A stretch of 64,000 nucleotides of DNA, taken from positions 432,843 through 496,842 of the forward strand of contig JAWAFI010000001.1 of NCBI GenBank assembly GCA_038890615.1, in the 5' to 3' direction. Origin of the DNA: Candidatus Anstonellales archaeon (GTDB lineage Archaea; Micrarchaeota; Micrarchaeia; Anstonellales; J096). The position numbers and the translations under genes are program-made. Shown piece after piece: positions 53,054 through 61,731 of the stretch. Below the pieces are notes generated by a model. It made no database searches, was not told where the DNA came from, and saw only the letters and a list, made by a program, of their open reading frames with translations. Within the stretch, counting starts at the first letter, position 1, and each line of letters opens with the position of its first letter.

Positions 53054-53716
53054 ATGACGGAGGAAATGGAGCAGCAGGACAGGTTTAAGGAGCTAAGGGA
53101 TGCTTTCAACGCCTTGGCAGCTTATCCCTCCATTACTGCAAGGAAGCAGGCAAAGGCAGCCATAAAGGCAATAAAGAAGGAGTACAACGAGGGCGATGCG
53201 CTTAAGAGGAACTTCATAATATACACAATACACCACAATCTTGCGCGCATTTCTGAGATAAAAGACATGAAGAGCGCAGAGTGGGCAAGGAATGTGAAGA
53301 AGCTTGAAGGAGAGCAGGTTGCGCCTTACGTTTTCAGCTCTGTAACCTCCCATTTCAGCTCAGTTGAAGGGGCTATGGCCCTAATTGACTTGCTTTCAGA
53401 GCTTAAAGGCCCACTCCCGTCAAAGGTCCTTGCCTACCACCTTTCCTACTATTTAATGTTCCAATCCCTGCTTTTCAAGCTTCTCAGGAACCGCTGCCTT
53501 AAGGCATTGGGGGAAGCAAGGTCAACATACGCTTTGAGCGTGCTCCTCTCGCTAGCAGAGGCAGGGGTTGATGAGATTGAGAGGCCCCTTGCAGAGGCAA
53601 TTTCGAGATGGAAGGAGCGCCTTGAGGGATCAAAGAGCAATGCAGCAAAAAGATGGCTAAGCTTGATTGAGGGATCATTCGGGGCTCAAGAAAAAAAGGA
53701 GGGGCCTTATTTTTAG
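53054..53716 (+). CDS. hypothetical alpha-helical (HEAT-like) protein
   Basis: Helical repeats, CLKALGE; divergent from ftsZ. Confidence 0.6.
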   Translation: MTEEMEQQDRFKELRDAFNALAAYPSITARKQAKAAIKAIKKEYNEGDALKRNFIIYTIHHNLARISEIKDMKSAEWARNVKKLEGEQVAPYVFSSVTSHFSSVEGAMALIDLLSELKGPLPSKVLAYHLSYYLMFQSLLFKLLRNRCLKALGEARSTYALSVLLSLAEAGVDEIERPLAEAISRWKERLEGSKSNAAKRWLSLIEGSFGAQEKKEGPYF

Positions 53717-54225
53717 CGCTCGAACTCTATCTCCTCATCTATGTTTTCGTTCTGGTATTTGCCTTCGTAAGCCTTTGCCTCGCTGCTTAGCTTGATGAAA
53801 ACAATCTGGGCAACCCTTGCGCTTCTTTTTAGAGTTATGCCCTTGTCGTTGTGCACTATTAGCATCATCTCGCTCCTTCCCTTGTAGCCAGGGTCCCAAA
53901 GGGCGCTGCTTATTGTTGCCCCTGACCTTACAAGTGATGACCTAGGCAAGGCCATTGCAGCGCAATCAGTAGGTATTGAAACAACCTCGTTCACAACTAT
54001 TTTGTATGCCCCCTTCTTCAGGTAGAGCTCCCCTGTTTCTGAGAAGTTAAGGGGTATGCAGTCGCTTATCTTCCTTTCGCTGTTGTCATAGTCTATTTTT
54101 CCAGGCGTGTCGTAAGAATACACCTCTTTAAGCGTGAGGTCAACCCCTGCTGGCTGGAACTGCTCATCCCCAATATGGCCGCTTATTATCCTTTTGCTCC
54201 TTATCTCCTTTTCAGTGAGTATCAT
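53713..54225 (-). CDS. dUTPase / dCTP deaminase family protein
   Basis: QPAGVDLTL, PRSSL.RSG, WDPGYKG, RVAQ, YEGKYQ. Confidence 0.88.
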   Translation of the reverse strand: MILTEKEIRSKRIISGHIGDEQFQPAGVDLTLKEVYSYDTPGKIDYDNSERKISDCIPLNFSETGELYLKKGAYKIVVNEVVSIPTDCAAMALPRSSLVRSGATISSALWDPGYKGRSEMMLIVHNDKGITLKRSARVAQIVFIKLSSEAKAYEGKYQNENIDEEIEFER

Positions 54226-54686
54226 CTTTCGTCCTCTGCTTCCCTAAACCATTCCCATGAGAATTCATAATCGAAGAGCTCCTCCTTTTTGAAGAACCTC
54301 TTTATTTCCTTCTCTGCTGTTTCCCTACTGTCGCTTGCGTGTATCAGGTTGGTTGAGGTGCTTATGGAAAAATCGCCCCTGATGGTGCCTGGCTCTGCCT
54401 TCCTTCCATTCGTTGCCCCTACTATTTTCCTCACAACCTCAACAGCCTCAGGCCCTTCAACTGCCATTGCCACTATGGGCCTTGAGGTTATGAATTTTTC
54501 CAATGCCTTGTAGAATGGCTTGTTTAGGTGGTGGGCATAGTGCTCCTTGCTGATCTCAGGGCTTATCCTCATCATCTTGATTCCAACTATTTTAAGCGCC
54601 TTTGCCTCGAACCTGCTTATTATTCTCCCAATAAGCCCCCTCTCAACAGCATCCGGCTTCAGCAATACAAGGGTCCTTTCCATCAT
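54222..54686 (-). CDS. ndk: nucleoside diphosphate kinase
   Basis: ERTLVLLKPDAVERGL, PGTIRGDF, NLIHASDS. Confidence 0.96.
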   Translation of the reverse strand: MMERTLVLLKPDAVERGLIGRIISRFEAKALKIVGIKMMRISPEISKEHYAHHLNKPFYKALEKFITSRPIVAMAVEGPEAVEVVRKIVGATNGRKAEPGTIRGDFSISTSTNLIHASDSRETAEKEIKRFFKKEELFDYEFSWEWFREAEDER

Positions 54687-54838
54687 CTCGCCCATTTCAA
54701 ATACCTTCTCTGCCTCTTAAGCTTGAGCATATTCTTCTTGCACTTTGATGAGCAGAAGTAGAAAACTTCGCCTGTTTTTTGGCCGTAGAGGTAGCCGCTC
54801 CCTTTTCTGATCACTTTTCCACAAAGGCTGCACTTCAT
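54683..54838 (-). CDS. rpl24e: ribosomal protein eL24 (51 aa, not in the ORF track)
   Basis: MKCSLCGKVIRKGSGYLYGQKTGEVFYFCSSKCKKN..LKWAR; conserved L7Ae-S28e-L24e-ndk order. Confidence 0.93.
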   Translation of the reverse strand: MKCSLCGKVIRKGSGYLYGQKTGEVFYFCSSKCKKNMLKLKRQRRYLKWAR

Positions 54839-54839
54839 C

Positions 54840-55037
54840 TTACCTCGCCTTTATCTCCTTCGCTTCCCTTTCTGTGTCAGAAAGCACTATTATCATGCCC
54901 TTCCTTACTGGGCCTTTTATGTTCCTTAGTATTACCCTGCCAGCGTTTTCGCCGTCAAGGATCTTGCATAGCGCCTGGTAAATCTCCCCGTATATGCCTG
55001 TCTTTCCCTTTATCTCAACTATCTCTGCGTAATTCAT
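54840..55037 (-). CDS. rps28e: ribosomal protein eS28
   Basis: AEIVEI.GKTG.YGE...RNIKGPVR....EREAK. Confidence 0.93.
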   Translation of the reverse strand: MNYAEIVEIKGKTGIYGEIYQALCKILDGENAGRVILRNIKGPVRKGMIIVLSDTEREAKEIKAR

Positions 55038-55510
55038 TCTTTAGCCTCTTTTGACTCTTCTTCCTTCTTTTTTCTTGGGGTCCTTGGCTTCTTCTCTTTC
55101 TTCTCTTCCTTCTTTTCCTCTGCTGGCTGGGCTTCTTTCTTCTCCTCCTTCTTCTCCGGCTGGCTGAACCTCTTCATGATGTCAGTGAAAAGCTCCTTTG
55201 CCTCCCCTGGGTCATCAACAGATACAGATGAAGAGCCAACCTTCAGTCCTGCTGCTTGCCCTAGCTGGAGCTTCTCAGGGACATATACGCATGGTATGTT
55301 CCTCTCCTCGCACATTGAAGGGAGGTGCATTACTATCTCAGGCGGGCTTACATCCTCTGCGATAATCACTAGCTTTGCGCTTTTCCTCTCTACGCTCTTT
55401 GTAACCTCATTTACTCCTTTCTTTACCCTTCCTGCCCTTTTTGCCACGCTCAGCATCTCCATGAGCTTTGGCAAAAGGTCTTCTGGCACCTTATGCTTTA
55501 CATTGGTCAT
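55034..55510 (-). CDS. rpl7ae: ribosomal/RNP protein L7Ae with Lys/Glu-rich C-terminal tail
   Basis: KKGVNEVTKSVER, IAEDVSPPEIVMHLP, LGQAAGL. Confidence 0.95.
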   Translation of the reverse strand: MTNVKHKVPEDLLPKLMEMLSVAKRAGRVKKGVNEVTKSVERKSAKLVIIAEDVSPPEIVMHLPSMCEERNIPCVYVPEKLQLGQAAGLKVGSSSVSVDDPGEAKELFTDIMKRFSQPEKKEEKKEAQPAEEKKEEKKEKKPRTPRKKKEEESKEAKE

Positions 55511-55581
55511 ATTTGATCCCTCATCTGTGTTCCTCTATACAAGAGCGGTGTTTTTAATCCTTTCGCCACCCTTGTTTTTTA

Positions 55582-55654
55582 GGGCCCGTGGTCCAACGGC
55601 TATGACGTCACCCTTACACGGTGAAGATTCCCGGTTCGAATCCGGGCGGGCCCA
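55582..55654 (+). tRNA. tRNA-Val(TAC)
   Basis: GGGCCCG/CGGGCCC acceptor stem, TCACC-CTTACAC-GGTGA, GGTTCGAATCC. Confidence 0.95.
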
Positions 55655-55655
55655 T

Positions 55656-55859
55656 ATGGAAATAGAAAGGGTAAAGAGAGACATAGCAAAGTTCTATGCT
55701 AACTTGGCGAAGGTGAAGCGCAGGGCAAAGGCGGTTGAGATGGCAGAGCGCTATGCAAAGGACGCAGAATACTTTTTGGAGAAAGGCGAGATTGAAAGCG
55801 CCTTTGGGGCAATAGAGTATGCCCATGGCCTACTTGACGGCTTTCTGCTTTCTTCCTAG
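55656..55859 (+). CDS. DUF357-family protein
   Basis: MAERYAKDAEYFLEKG....AFGAIEYAHGLLD. Confidence 0.85.
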   Translation: MEIERVKRDIAKFYANLAKVKRRAKAVEMAERYAKDAEYFLEKGEIESAFGAIEYAHGLLDGFLLSS

Positions 55860-56150
55860 CTTTGCTTCTTTCCTAACTTCCTTTAGCTTGTTCTTGCCAT
55901 AAACCTCAATGCCTTTAACTAGCGATGCAAGCGCAAGCATGCTATCTTCCCCTTTCAGCTCAAGCATCCTTTTGACTGCAGCCGCCCTTTCCTTATCGCT
56001 CAGGCTCGCCCATACAGCGCCCATAAGCGTGTATTCTGGAAAACCGGTTTTGCCTTTGCAATTCCTGAGCTCCTTTTCAATCCTCTCATCTGCTTTCCCG
56101 CCTGTAATCAAGGCATTCAGAAAATTGCTTATTTCCTTTTCCCTATACAT
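55830..56150 (-). CDS. hypothetical protein
   Basis: 106-aa ORF with upstream purine-rich SD-like sequence; no motif. Confidence 0.55.
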   Translation of the reverse strand: MYREKEISNFLNALITGGKADERIEKELRNCKGKTGFPEYTLMGAVWASLSDKERAAAVKRMLELKGEDSMLALASLVKGIEVYGKNKLKEVRKEAKLGRKQKAVK

Positions 56151-56227
56151 GTTCACATCCCCGCATAAAGCTGGCCTGTACTACTTATAGCCAAAACCAT
56201 TTTAAACATATGCTCGCCTAGGTTTCC

Positions 56228-56494
56228 ATGGAGATAAACAAGCAGCATAAATGCAGCGCATGCGGAAAGGAATTGTTTGCTTCAGTCAGCACTGACATAG
56301 AGCTTACTGAGATTTCACTTGTAGGCAGATGCCCTTTCTGCAGCTCGAGCATTGTGCTCACTTTTGTTGCGATCCCTGACTCTACAAAACCGAAAGAAGA
56401 GAAGATCGAGCCCCTTTCAATAGACGAGAGCTTGGTAGAGGACCAAGTGGAGCCATCAGTAATTGGCGACATACTTGACGAAGACCAGATTTAG
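56228..56494 (+). CDS. small Zn-ribbon protein with acidic tail
   Basis: CSAC...CPFC; TTTTAAA box upstream. Confidence 0.65.
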   Translation: MEINKQHKCSACGKELFASVSTDIELTEISLVGRCPFCSSSIVLTFVAIPDSTKPKEEKIEPLSIDESLVEDQVEPSVIGDILDEDQI

Positions 56495-56981
56495 GCTTAC
56501 CTCAAAAGGAAGGCAATGGCTTTCAGAGCCGCTTGGAAGGGCGATCAGCGAAGAGGAGCTCCAAACGCTAAAGGGGAGGGACATAATTGCAATAGGGGAC
56601 ATATCTGCTTACCTCCTGATAAAAGCAGGAATAGCGCCTAAAGTTGCTGTCTTTGATTTTAAGAGCAGGAGGGATGAGGTTGAGCCAAAGGTTGCCCAGC
56701 TCCTACGGGAAAGATACCCGAACCCTATCTTGATTGAAAACCCCCCAGGAAGCTTTTCAGAAAACTTTTTCTTAGTTGCAAGGAAGGCAATAGCTGAGCA
56801 AAGGGGCATATTCGTAAAAGGGGAGGAAGACCTGCTAGGCATTGCTTTCTTCATTGAGGCCCCTGAAGGATGGGTTGTTGTGTATGGCCAAGATAGGAAA
56901 TTCGTTGTAATTGAGATAAGCCCTGAATTCAAGGCAGAGGTAGGAAGGCGGCTTTCAGAGGCATTTGAACCTGGGCTCTAA
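56463..56981 (+). CDS. DUF359 / GTP-dependent dephospho-CoA kinase (start uncertain)
   Basis: LSEPLG, IAIGD, DFKSRR, NPPG, VKGEEDLL, VVYGQ. Confidence 0.85.
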   Translation: MATYLTKTRFRLTSKGRQWLSEPLGRAISEEELQTLKGRDIIAIGDISAYLLIKAGIAPKVAVFDFKSRRDEVEPKVAQLLRERYPNPILIENPPGSFSENFFLVARKAIAEQRGIFVKGEEDLLGIAFFIEAPEGWVVVYGQDRKFVVIEISPEFKAEVGRRLSEAFEPGL

Positions 56982-57021
56982 GAATGAAACACTTATAAAC
57001 ATCTCCTTAAATAGATAATCC

Positions 57022-58077
57022 ATGAACGGGGGAAAGATGCTTCTACTTCTTTTAATATGAGTAGGGGTTTTATTTGCACAGGCAGAAGTCGCCTATTGGA
57101 CTGTGGTTGTTGAGGGCTCCCAATTTCCTTGGATGTTTATGAGCCCTACTCCTACTTTTAGAGACAACAACCCATTGATGGAAACTAGAGGATCAATAGA
57201 GGGTGATTTTTCTGAAATCTGGGCAGTTGGAAAACTGAACAACGAGCACGCTAAGACTACTGTTGAATCTGAAGAGCCATTTATAGTGAATACCTACTAC
57301 GGAAAGGGCGCAAGCACCTATGTTTCTGACATCATAGAAGATTACATAGAGCAACTTGACGATGAAGGTTCATTGCAAAAAGGCAACTTCTACTTCTGCT
57401 ATGGCTATTGCGGTGATTATCCTTACTACTATGTGCTTATAGTTGGCTACGAGTCTTATGGCAGAATGGTTGAATGGTACGACTATATAATCTACAACGG
57501 CGGGGGGGTAGAGATAGCTTTGCCTGATAAAAAAGTTGTGCCAGGCATAGGCATGACCAAAACCTTCAGGGACCTTATACTAAAGGTTCAAAGCAGCGCA
57601 GGCCAAGTAGCAATGTCAAAGGGGCTTGGTTCTTTGAGCCTTCTGGGCAGGAACACTGTATATAGCATCAATGCAAGGGCAAAACAGAGGTTTTCTTCTA
57701 CTGCAGGCACAACGCTTCCATGGTTTGCCTACTTAATATTCTTTGAAGACAGAGAAATGAGCGGCAGATACACAAGGCCATCATTTTTTAGCCCAATATC
57801 TTTGATTCTGGCAAGCCATGCAATGCAGAGCCCAGCAGGATTGGCTATAAAAAGAAGCTCATTCACGTGCGTGGGTGAGTTACTTGACGCCAAAGCAATA
57901 CCTCCTGGATACTCTAGCTACGCTTCAACGAGGTTCTCAGGAAAAGGAGGTACAACAAATTATGTGATCTACTACAACTCTTTTGGGTTTAGCGATTGCA
58001 TAATAATGTACGACCTTCCAGTATGGGCTTCCTTCCATACATGGATGCTGATGAATGAGATGTATCCTATGACCTGA
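57022..58077 (+). pseudogene. putative secreted protein with in-frame TGA (57058-57060) in its signal peptide
   Basis: MNGGKMLLLLLI*VGVLFAQAEVAYWT is in frame with the 324-aa ORF from 57103; TTATAAA box upstream. Confidence 0.6.
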
Positions 58078-58116
58078 CAATATAAACTCAACTACTAACC
58101 TTTTAACTTGGCTTTT

Positions 58117-58293
58117 TTACCCGCTTCCTTTTCCGCTGAAGTAGAGCACTGCAGCAGCTGCTGCAGAAGCAACAACTGCCATGCCTGCTATTGTAAGCAG
58201 GTCTGTGTTTGGGTAATACTGATAATAAAAGTAGGTTATTGCAATGCCTAGAAGAATGCCCACAACTATCCTTAAATAATCAATGGCGTTCAT
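58117..58293 (-). CDS. 58-aa two-TM membrane protein (not in the ORF track)
   Basis: MNAIDYLRIVVGILLGIAITYFYYQYYPNTDLLTIAGMAVVASAAAAAVLYFSGKGSG; ATG abuts the TAG of the PRC-barrel gene. Confidence 0.7.
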   Translation of the reverse strand: MNAIDYLRIVVGILLGIAITYFYYQYYPNTDLLTIAGMAVVASAAAAAVLYFSGKGSG

Positions 58294-58536
58294 CTATGGG
58301 TTCTGCCCTTTCGTAACAACAATTACGTCCTCAACTGACTTTACATTCTTGTAGATGACGCTCTTCTCCTTGATCACATCCCTTGCCTTCTCCTTTGATG
58401 TAGGGAGCTGCTCAAGGAGTATCCTTGTAACCTCACCTGATTCAATGTCAAGTATGAAATCCTGGGCTGTGCCCAAAAACTTCCCTCCGTCTGTAAAGAC
58501 ATCCATGCCATAAAGCTTTGACAATCGCACAGTCAT
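58294..58536 (-). CDS. PRC-barrel protein (CdpB-like, archaeal FtsZ division)
   Basis: LSKLYGMDVFTDGGKFLG..DFILD..SGEV...VKSVEDVIVV; SD AGGTGAG. Confidence 0.85.
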   Translation of the reverse strand: MTVRLSKLYGMDVFTDGGKFLGTAQDFILDIESGEVTRILLEQLPTSKEKARDVIKEKSVIYKNVKSVEDVIVVTKGQNP

Positions 58537-58627
58537 CTGCTCACCTGCTATTTATTGGCTATGCCCTTTTTAAATATTATGCTTTGCCTCCCAAAAGGAT
58601 TAAAAATATGCTAGCGCTATTCTTTCC

Positions 58628-59659
58628 ATGAAAAAGAAGGACTACCTTTCAAGAGAGGTTAGGCACATTGACATAATGAAGTTCGATTCTGCTGAGATAA
58701 TAAGGCAATATGAAAATACAGCATTCCAGGCAAGGAACCTTGCCAGGGCTGCCCACATCTATGACAGGATGCTTGCTGACAAGGACTGCAAGATTATTCT
58801 CTGCTTAGCTGGTTCCCTTTTCAGCGCAGGGCTAAAAAAGGTAGTGCACACTATGGTAAAAAGCAACATGGTTGATGCAATAGTTTCAACAGGGGCAATA
58901 ATTGTTGACCAGGACTTCTTTGAGGCCTTAGGGTTCAAGCATTACATAGGGAGCCCAAGGGTTGATGATGATGATCTCTATAAAAAACACATAGACAGGA
59001 TCTATGACACATTCATAGATGAGGATGAGCTTAGGGTTTGCGACATGACTGTGGCAAGGATAGCAGACAGCCTAGAGCCAAAGCCCTACTCTTCAAGGGA
59101 GTTCATAAGGGAGATGGGAGCCTACCTTAAAAAAGAAGGAAAAGCAGATGGCTCTGTTGTTGGCGAGGCATACAAGCAAGGGGTGCCTATATTCGTTCCA
59201 GCCTTCTCTGACTGCAGCGCTGGCTTTGGTCTGGTTTACCATCAGCATAAGAGAGGCGATAAGCCAAAAGTGGCAATAGATTCTGCAAAGGACTTTTTTG
59301 AGCTCACAAAGATAAAGGTTGCTTCAAAGGACACAGGGCTTCTTATGATAGGTGGAGGGGTTCCAAAGAACTTTGCGCAGGACATAACAGTTGCTGCTGA
59401 CATATTGACAGGAAGCTCTAGGATGCATAAGTATGCTGTGCAGATAACAGTTGCTGATGAGAGAGACGGAGGCCTTTCTGGCTCCACCCTTAAGGAGGCG
59501 CACTCTTGGGGAAAGGTTGATGATGTTTATGAGCAGATGGTTTTTGCAGAGGCAACTCTTGCAATGCCTTTGCTTGTGAGCTATGCCTACCACAGGGGCA
59601 ACTGGAAGAAAAGGCCAAGGATGCGCTTCAGCTCATTACTTGATGAAGGGAAGATTTAA
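58628..59659 (+). CDS. deoxyhypusine synthase family protein (DHS2/SpeY-like subtype)
   Basis: VSTGA, IDRIYD, GGGVPKNF, DGGLSGSTLKEAHSWGKV, AEAT. Confidence 0.9.
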   Translation: MKKKDYLSREVRHIDIMKFDSAEIIRQYENTAFQARNLARAAHIYDRMLADKDCKIILCLAGSLFSAGLKKVVHTMVKSNMVDAIVSTGAIIVDQDFFEALGFKHYIGSPRVDDDDLYKKHIDRIYDTFIDEDELRVCDMTVARIADSLEPKPYSSREFIREMGAYLKKEGKADGSVVGEAYKQGVPIFVPAFSDCSAGFGLVYHQHKRGDKPKVAIDSAKDFFELTKIKVASKDTGLLMIGGGVPKNFAQDITVAADILTGSSRMHKYAVQITVADERDGGLSGSTLKEAHSWGKVDDVYEQMVFAEATLAMPLLVSYAYHRGNWKKRPRMRFSSLLDEGKI

Positions 59660-60717
59660 GCTTTCCTTGCCTTTTCAGCTTCTTCAATCCTTTCAACTGC
59701 TATCCCTATTGCAGCATCCCTGGGGAAGCCACCCCTCTCTAGTATCTTATCAGTGTTCCTCCTTACCCTGTCCTTTACTAGCTCAAATGTCTCTTCAATC
59801 GTTTTGCCCTTAAGCTCAGCATAGGATGTTATTACCCCTCCTGCATTGGCTATTATGTCAGGGACAATCAGCACTCCTTTTTGGTGGAGCTTCTTCTCTA
59901 TTTCGTAAGGCACAGGTATGTTCGCTGCCTCAACTATTATGCGTGCCCTTACCTTCTCATAATTATTTTCATTTATAACATTGGGCCTTGCGCCTGGTAT
60001 GAGCACATCAACATCCAAGCCAAAGAGCTCTTCTGCAGGAAGCTTCTTGCCATCACAATAAACAACGCTCCCCTTTTCCCTCTTCGCCTTTTCAAGGTCA
60101 TATGCATTTATCCCATTTTCATTGTATATTGCTCCTTGCGAATCGCTTACAGCAACAACTTTTGCCCCTAATTCGTTTGCCCTTCTTACAGCAGCCTTGC
60201 CAACAACCCCAAAGCCCTCAATGGCTACTGTTGAGCCGCTTGTTTCCATGCCCTTGAATTTAAGCGCAACATCCATTGCCTCTATAACCCCAAAACCTGT
60301 TGTGCCTATCTCGTGCGGGAGCCCCCCCATTGTAAACGGCTTCCCTGTTACATTTTCCAGCCCAACCTCATCAGCAACTATTGCCATATCCTTTTCGCTC
60401 ATGTTCATGTCCGGCCCTGGTATGTAAAGCTCAGGCACAAATTCCTTTATCATCCTAGAAAAAGCCCTTATGAGCTTTGGCTTGCTGGCTCCTGCAGGGC
60501 TGCCTGCAATGCCTGCCTTTGCGCCACCAAAAGGAAGCTCTGCAAGGGCGTTCTTGTAGCTCATTGCCTCCGCAAGCCTCTGCACTTCATTAAGAGTTAG
60601 GTTCGGCACAAACCTTATCCCTCCTTTGCCAGGCCCTCTTGCTGTGCTGTGCACAACCAAAAACCCATGCATCCATGTGTTCTTGTCATGCAGCTCAACC
60701 TTGTATTCAGCTTCCAT
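59656..60717 (-). CDS. Glu/Leu/Phe/Val dehydrogenase
   Basis: GPGKGGIR, LPFGGAKAG, GPDM, IEGFGVVG, VPDIIANAGGV. Confidence 0.92.
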   Translation of the reverse strand: MEAEYKVELHDKNTWMHGFLVVHSTARGPGKGGIRFVPNLTLNEVQRLAEAMSYKNALAELPFGGAKAGIAGSPAGASKPKLIRAFSRMIKEFVPELYIPGPDMNMSEKDMAIVADEVGLENVTGKPFTMGGLPHEIGTTGFGVIEAMDVALKFKGMETSGSTVAIEGFGVVGKAAVRRANELGAKVVAVSDSQGAIYNENGINAYDLEKAKREKGSVVYCDGKKLPAEELFGLDVDVLIPGARPNVINENNYEKVRARIIVEAANIPVPYEIEKKLHQKGVLIVPDIIANAGGVITSYAELKGKTIEETFELVKDRVRRNTDKILERGGFPRDAAIGIAVERIEEAEKARKA

Positions 60718-60744
60718 ATTCCCACCTTTCAAACTTCAACTATT

Positions 60745-61731
60745 CTATGCGCTTTGTTTATAAACATGCTTTTCCACAGTGCATTCAACGCATACCTTAT
60801 TCTTGCTTGGGCTGTAGCTTTTCACTGGCCTCCACCTGCACTCTGCCTTTGCGCCGAGCTTTGCTATCCTGCCTTCCAGCATTTTGACCCTATTGTTTTC
60901 TGTGCCTTTTTCCCAGAATGAATAAATAACCAGCTTGCCCTTTCTTTTTAGCATCTCTACCGCCTCCTCTATAAATTCCTCTGAATTTGCAGGAAGGGGC
61001 ATAATAACATAACTGGCCCAGCCCTTCCATTCGTGCGCCTTTTCCCTGACATCCCCTTCAACTGCAACAGCATTGCATTTTGCCCTTTCAATCCCTTTGC
61101 GCATGCATTCCACTGCATCCTTGTTCAGCTCAATGCCTACTGCTTTTGCTTTCCTGTGCTTTGCAATCTCAATCACATAAGGCCCTGCTCCTGCGAACAT
61201 AACCATAACGTTGCTACCTTTTCTTATTTTCTCAACAACCCTTTTTCTTTCTTCTGCCATCCTTGGCGAAAAATGGACTTTTGCAATGTCAACATAGATC
61301 CAGCAGCCATTCTCCTTGTGCCAGGTTGTTGTTCTCTTCTCGCCTGCAATGTGCTCAAGCTTCCTAACCCTATATTCCCCCTCAACAGCGCTTGCCTTCT
61401 TAAAGACACCCTTCACATTCTTATGGAACCTAAGTATGCCCTCAGCAACTTTTTTTGCGCTAACGCCTTTTGGCAACTCAACAACGCAGAGGTCGCCTAT
61501 GATCTCATAGCGCACAGGAGCTCCTACTAGCTCCTTTACTGGGAGCCTCTTTTTTTTCTTCCTTCCATCCCTCTCAACATCCCCCTCTGCCCCTTTCACC
61601 AAAGGGAAATATACCCATTCAGAATCCCTTTCAACAAAGTAATCAGCATTTAGGATGCCCTTGCGCAAAAGCTCCCTCCTCACATTCTCTGCGTCCTTTG
61701 GCGCAGCTTTCCTGAAGCTTATTCTATCCAT
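60745..61731 (-). CDS. Trm5/Tyw2-family tRNA methyltransferase
   Basis: YEIIGD, VEGEYRVR, HKENG, VHFSPRM..ER, MFAGAGPY, VIMPLP. Confidence 0.88.
   Translation of the reverse strand: MDRISFRKAAPKDAENVRRELLRKGILNADYFVERDSEWVYFPLVKGAEGDVERDGRKKKKRLPVKELVGAPVRYEIIGDLCVVELPKGVSAKKVAEGILRFHKNVKGVFKKASAVEGEYRVRKLEHIAGEKRTTTWHKENGCWIYVDIAKVHFSPRMAEERKRVVEKIRKGSNVMVMFAGAGPYVIEIAKHRKAKAVGIELNKDAVECMRKGIERAKCNAVAVEGDVREKAHEWKGWASYVIMPLPANSEEFIEEAVEMLKRKGKLVIYSFWEKGTENNRVKMLEGRIAKLGAKAECRWRPVKSYSPSKNKVCVECTVEKHVYKQSA

Noticed and set aside
55500..55540. Possible autoregulatory K-turn in the rpl7ae leader (GATGA...ATGA)
   Set aside because: The GA elements are present but I could not form a convincing canonical stem.
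55176..55655. 227-aa + strand ORF
   Set aside because: It runs antisense to rpl7ae and through tRNA-Val; only the part from 55656 (DUF357) is credible.
57058..57060. Genome-wide TGA recoding or selenocysteine
   Set aside because: Many core genes here end in TGA, and Sec in a signal-peptide core is implausible.
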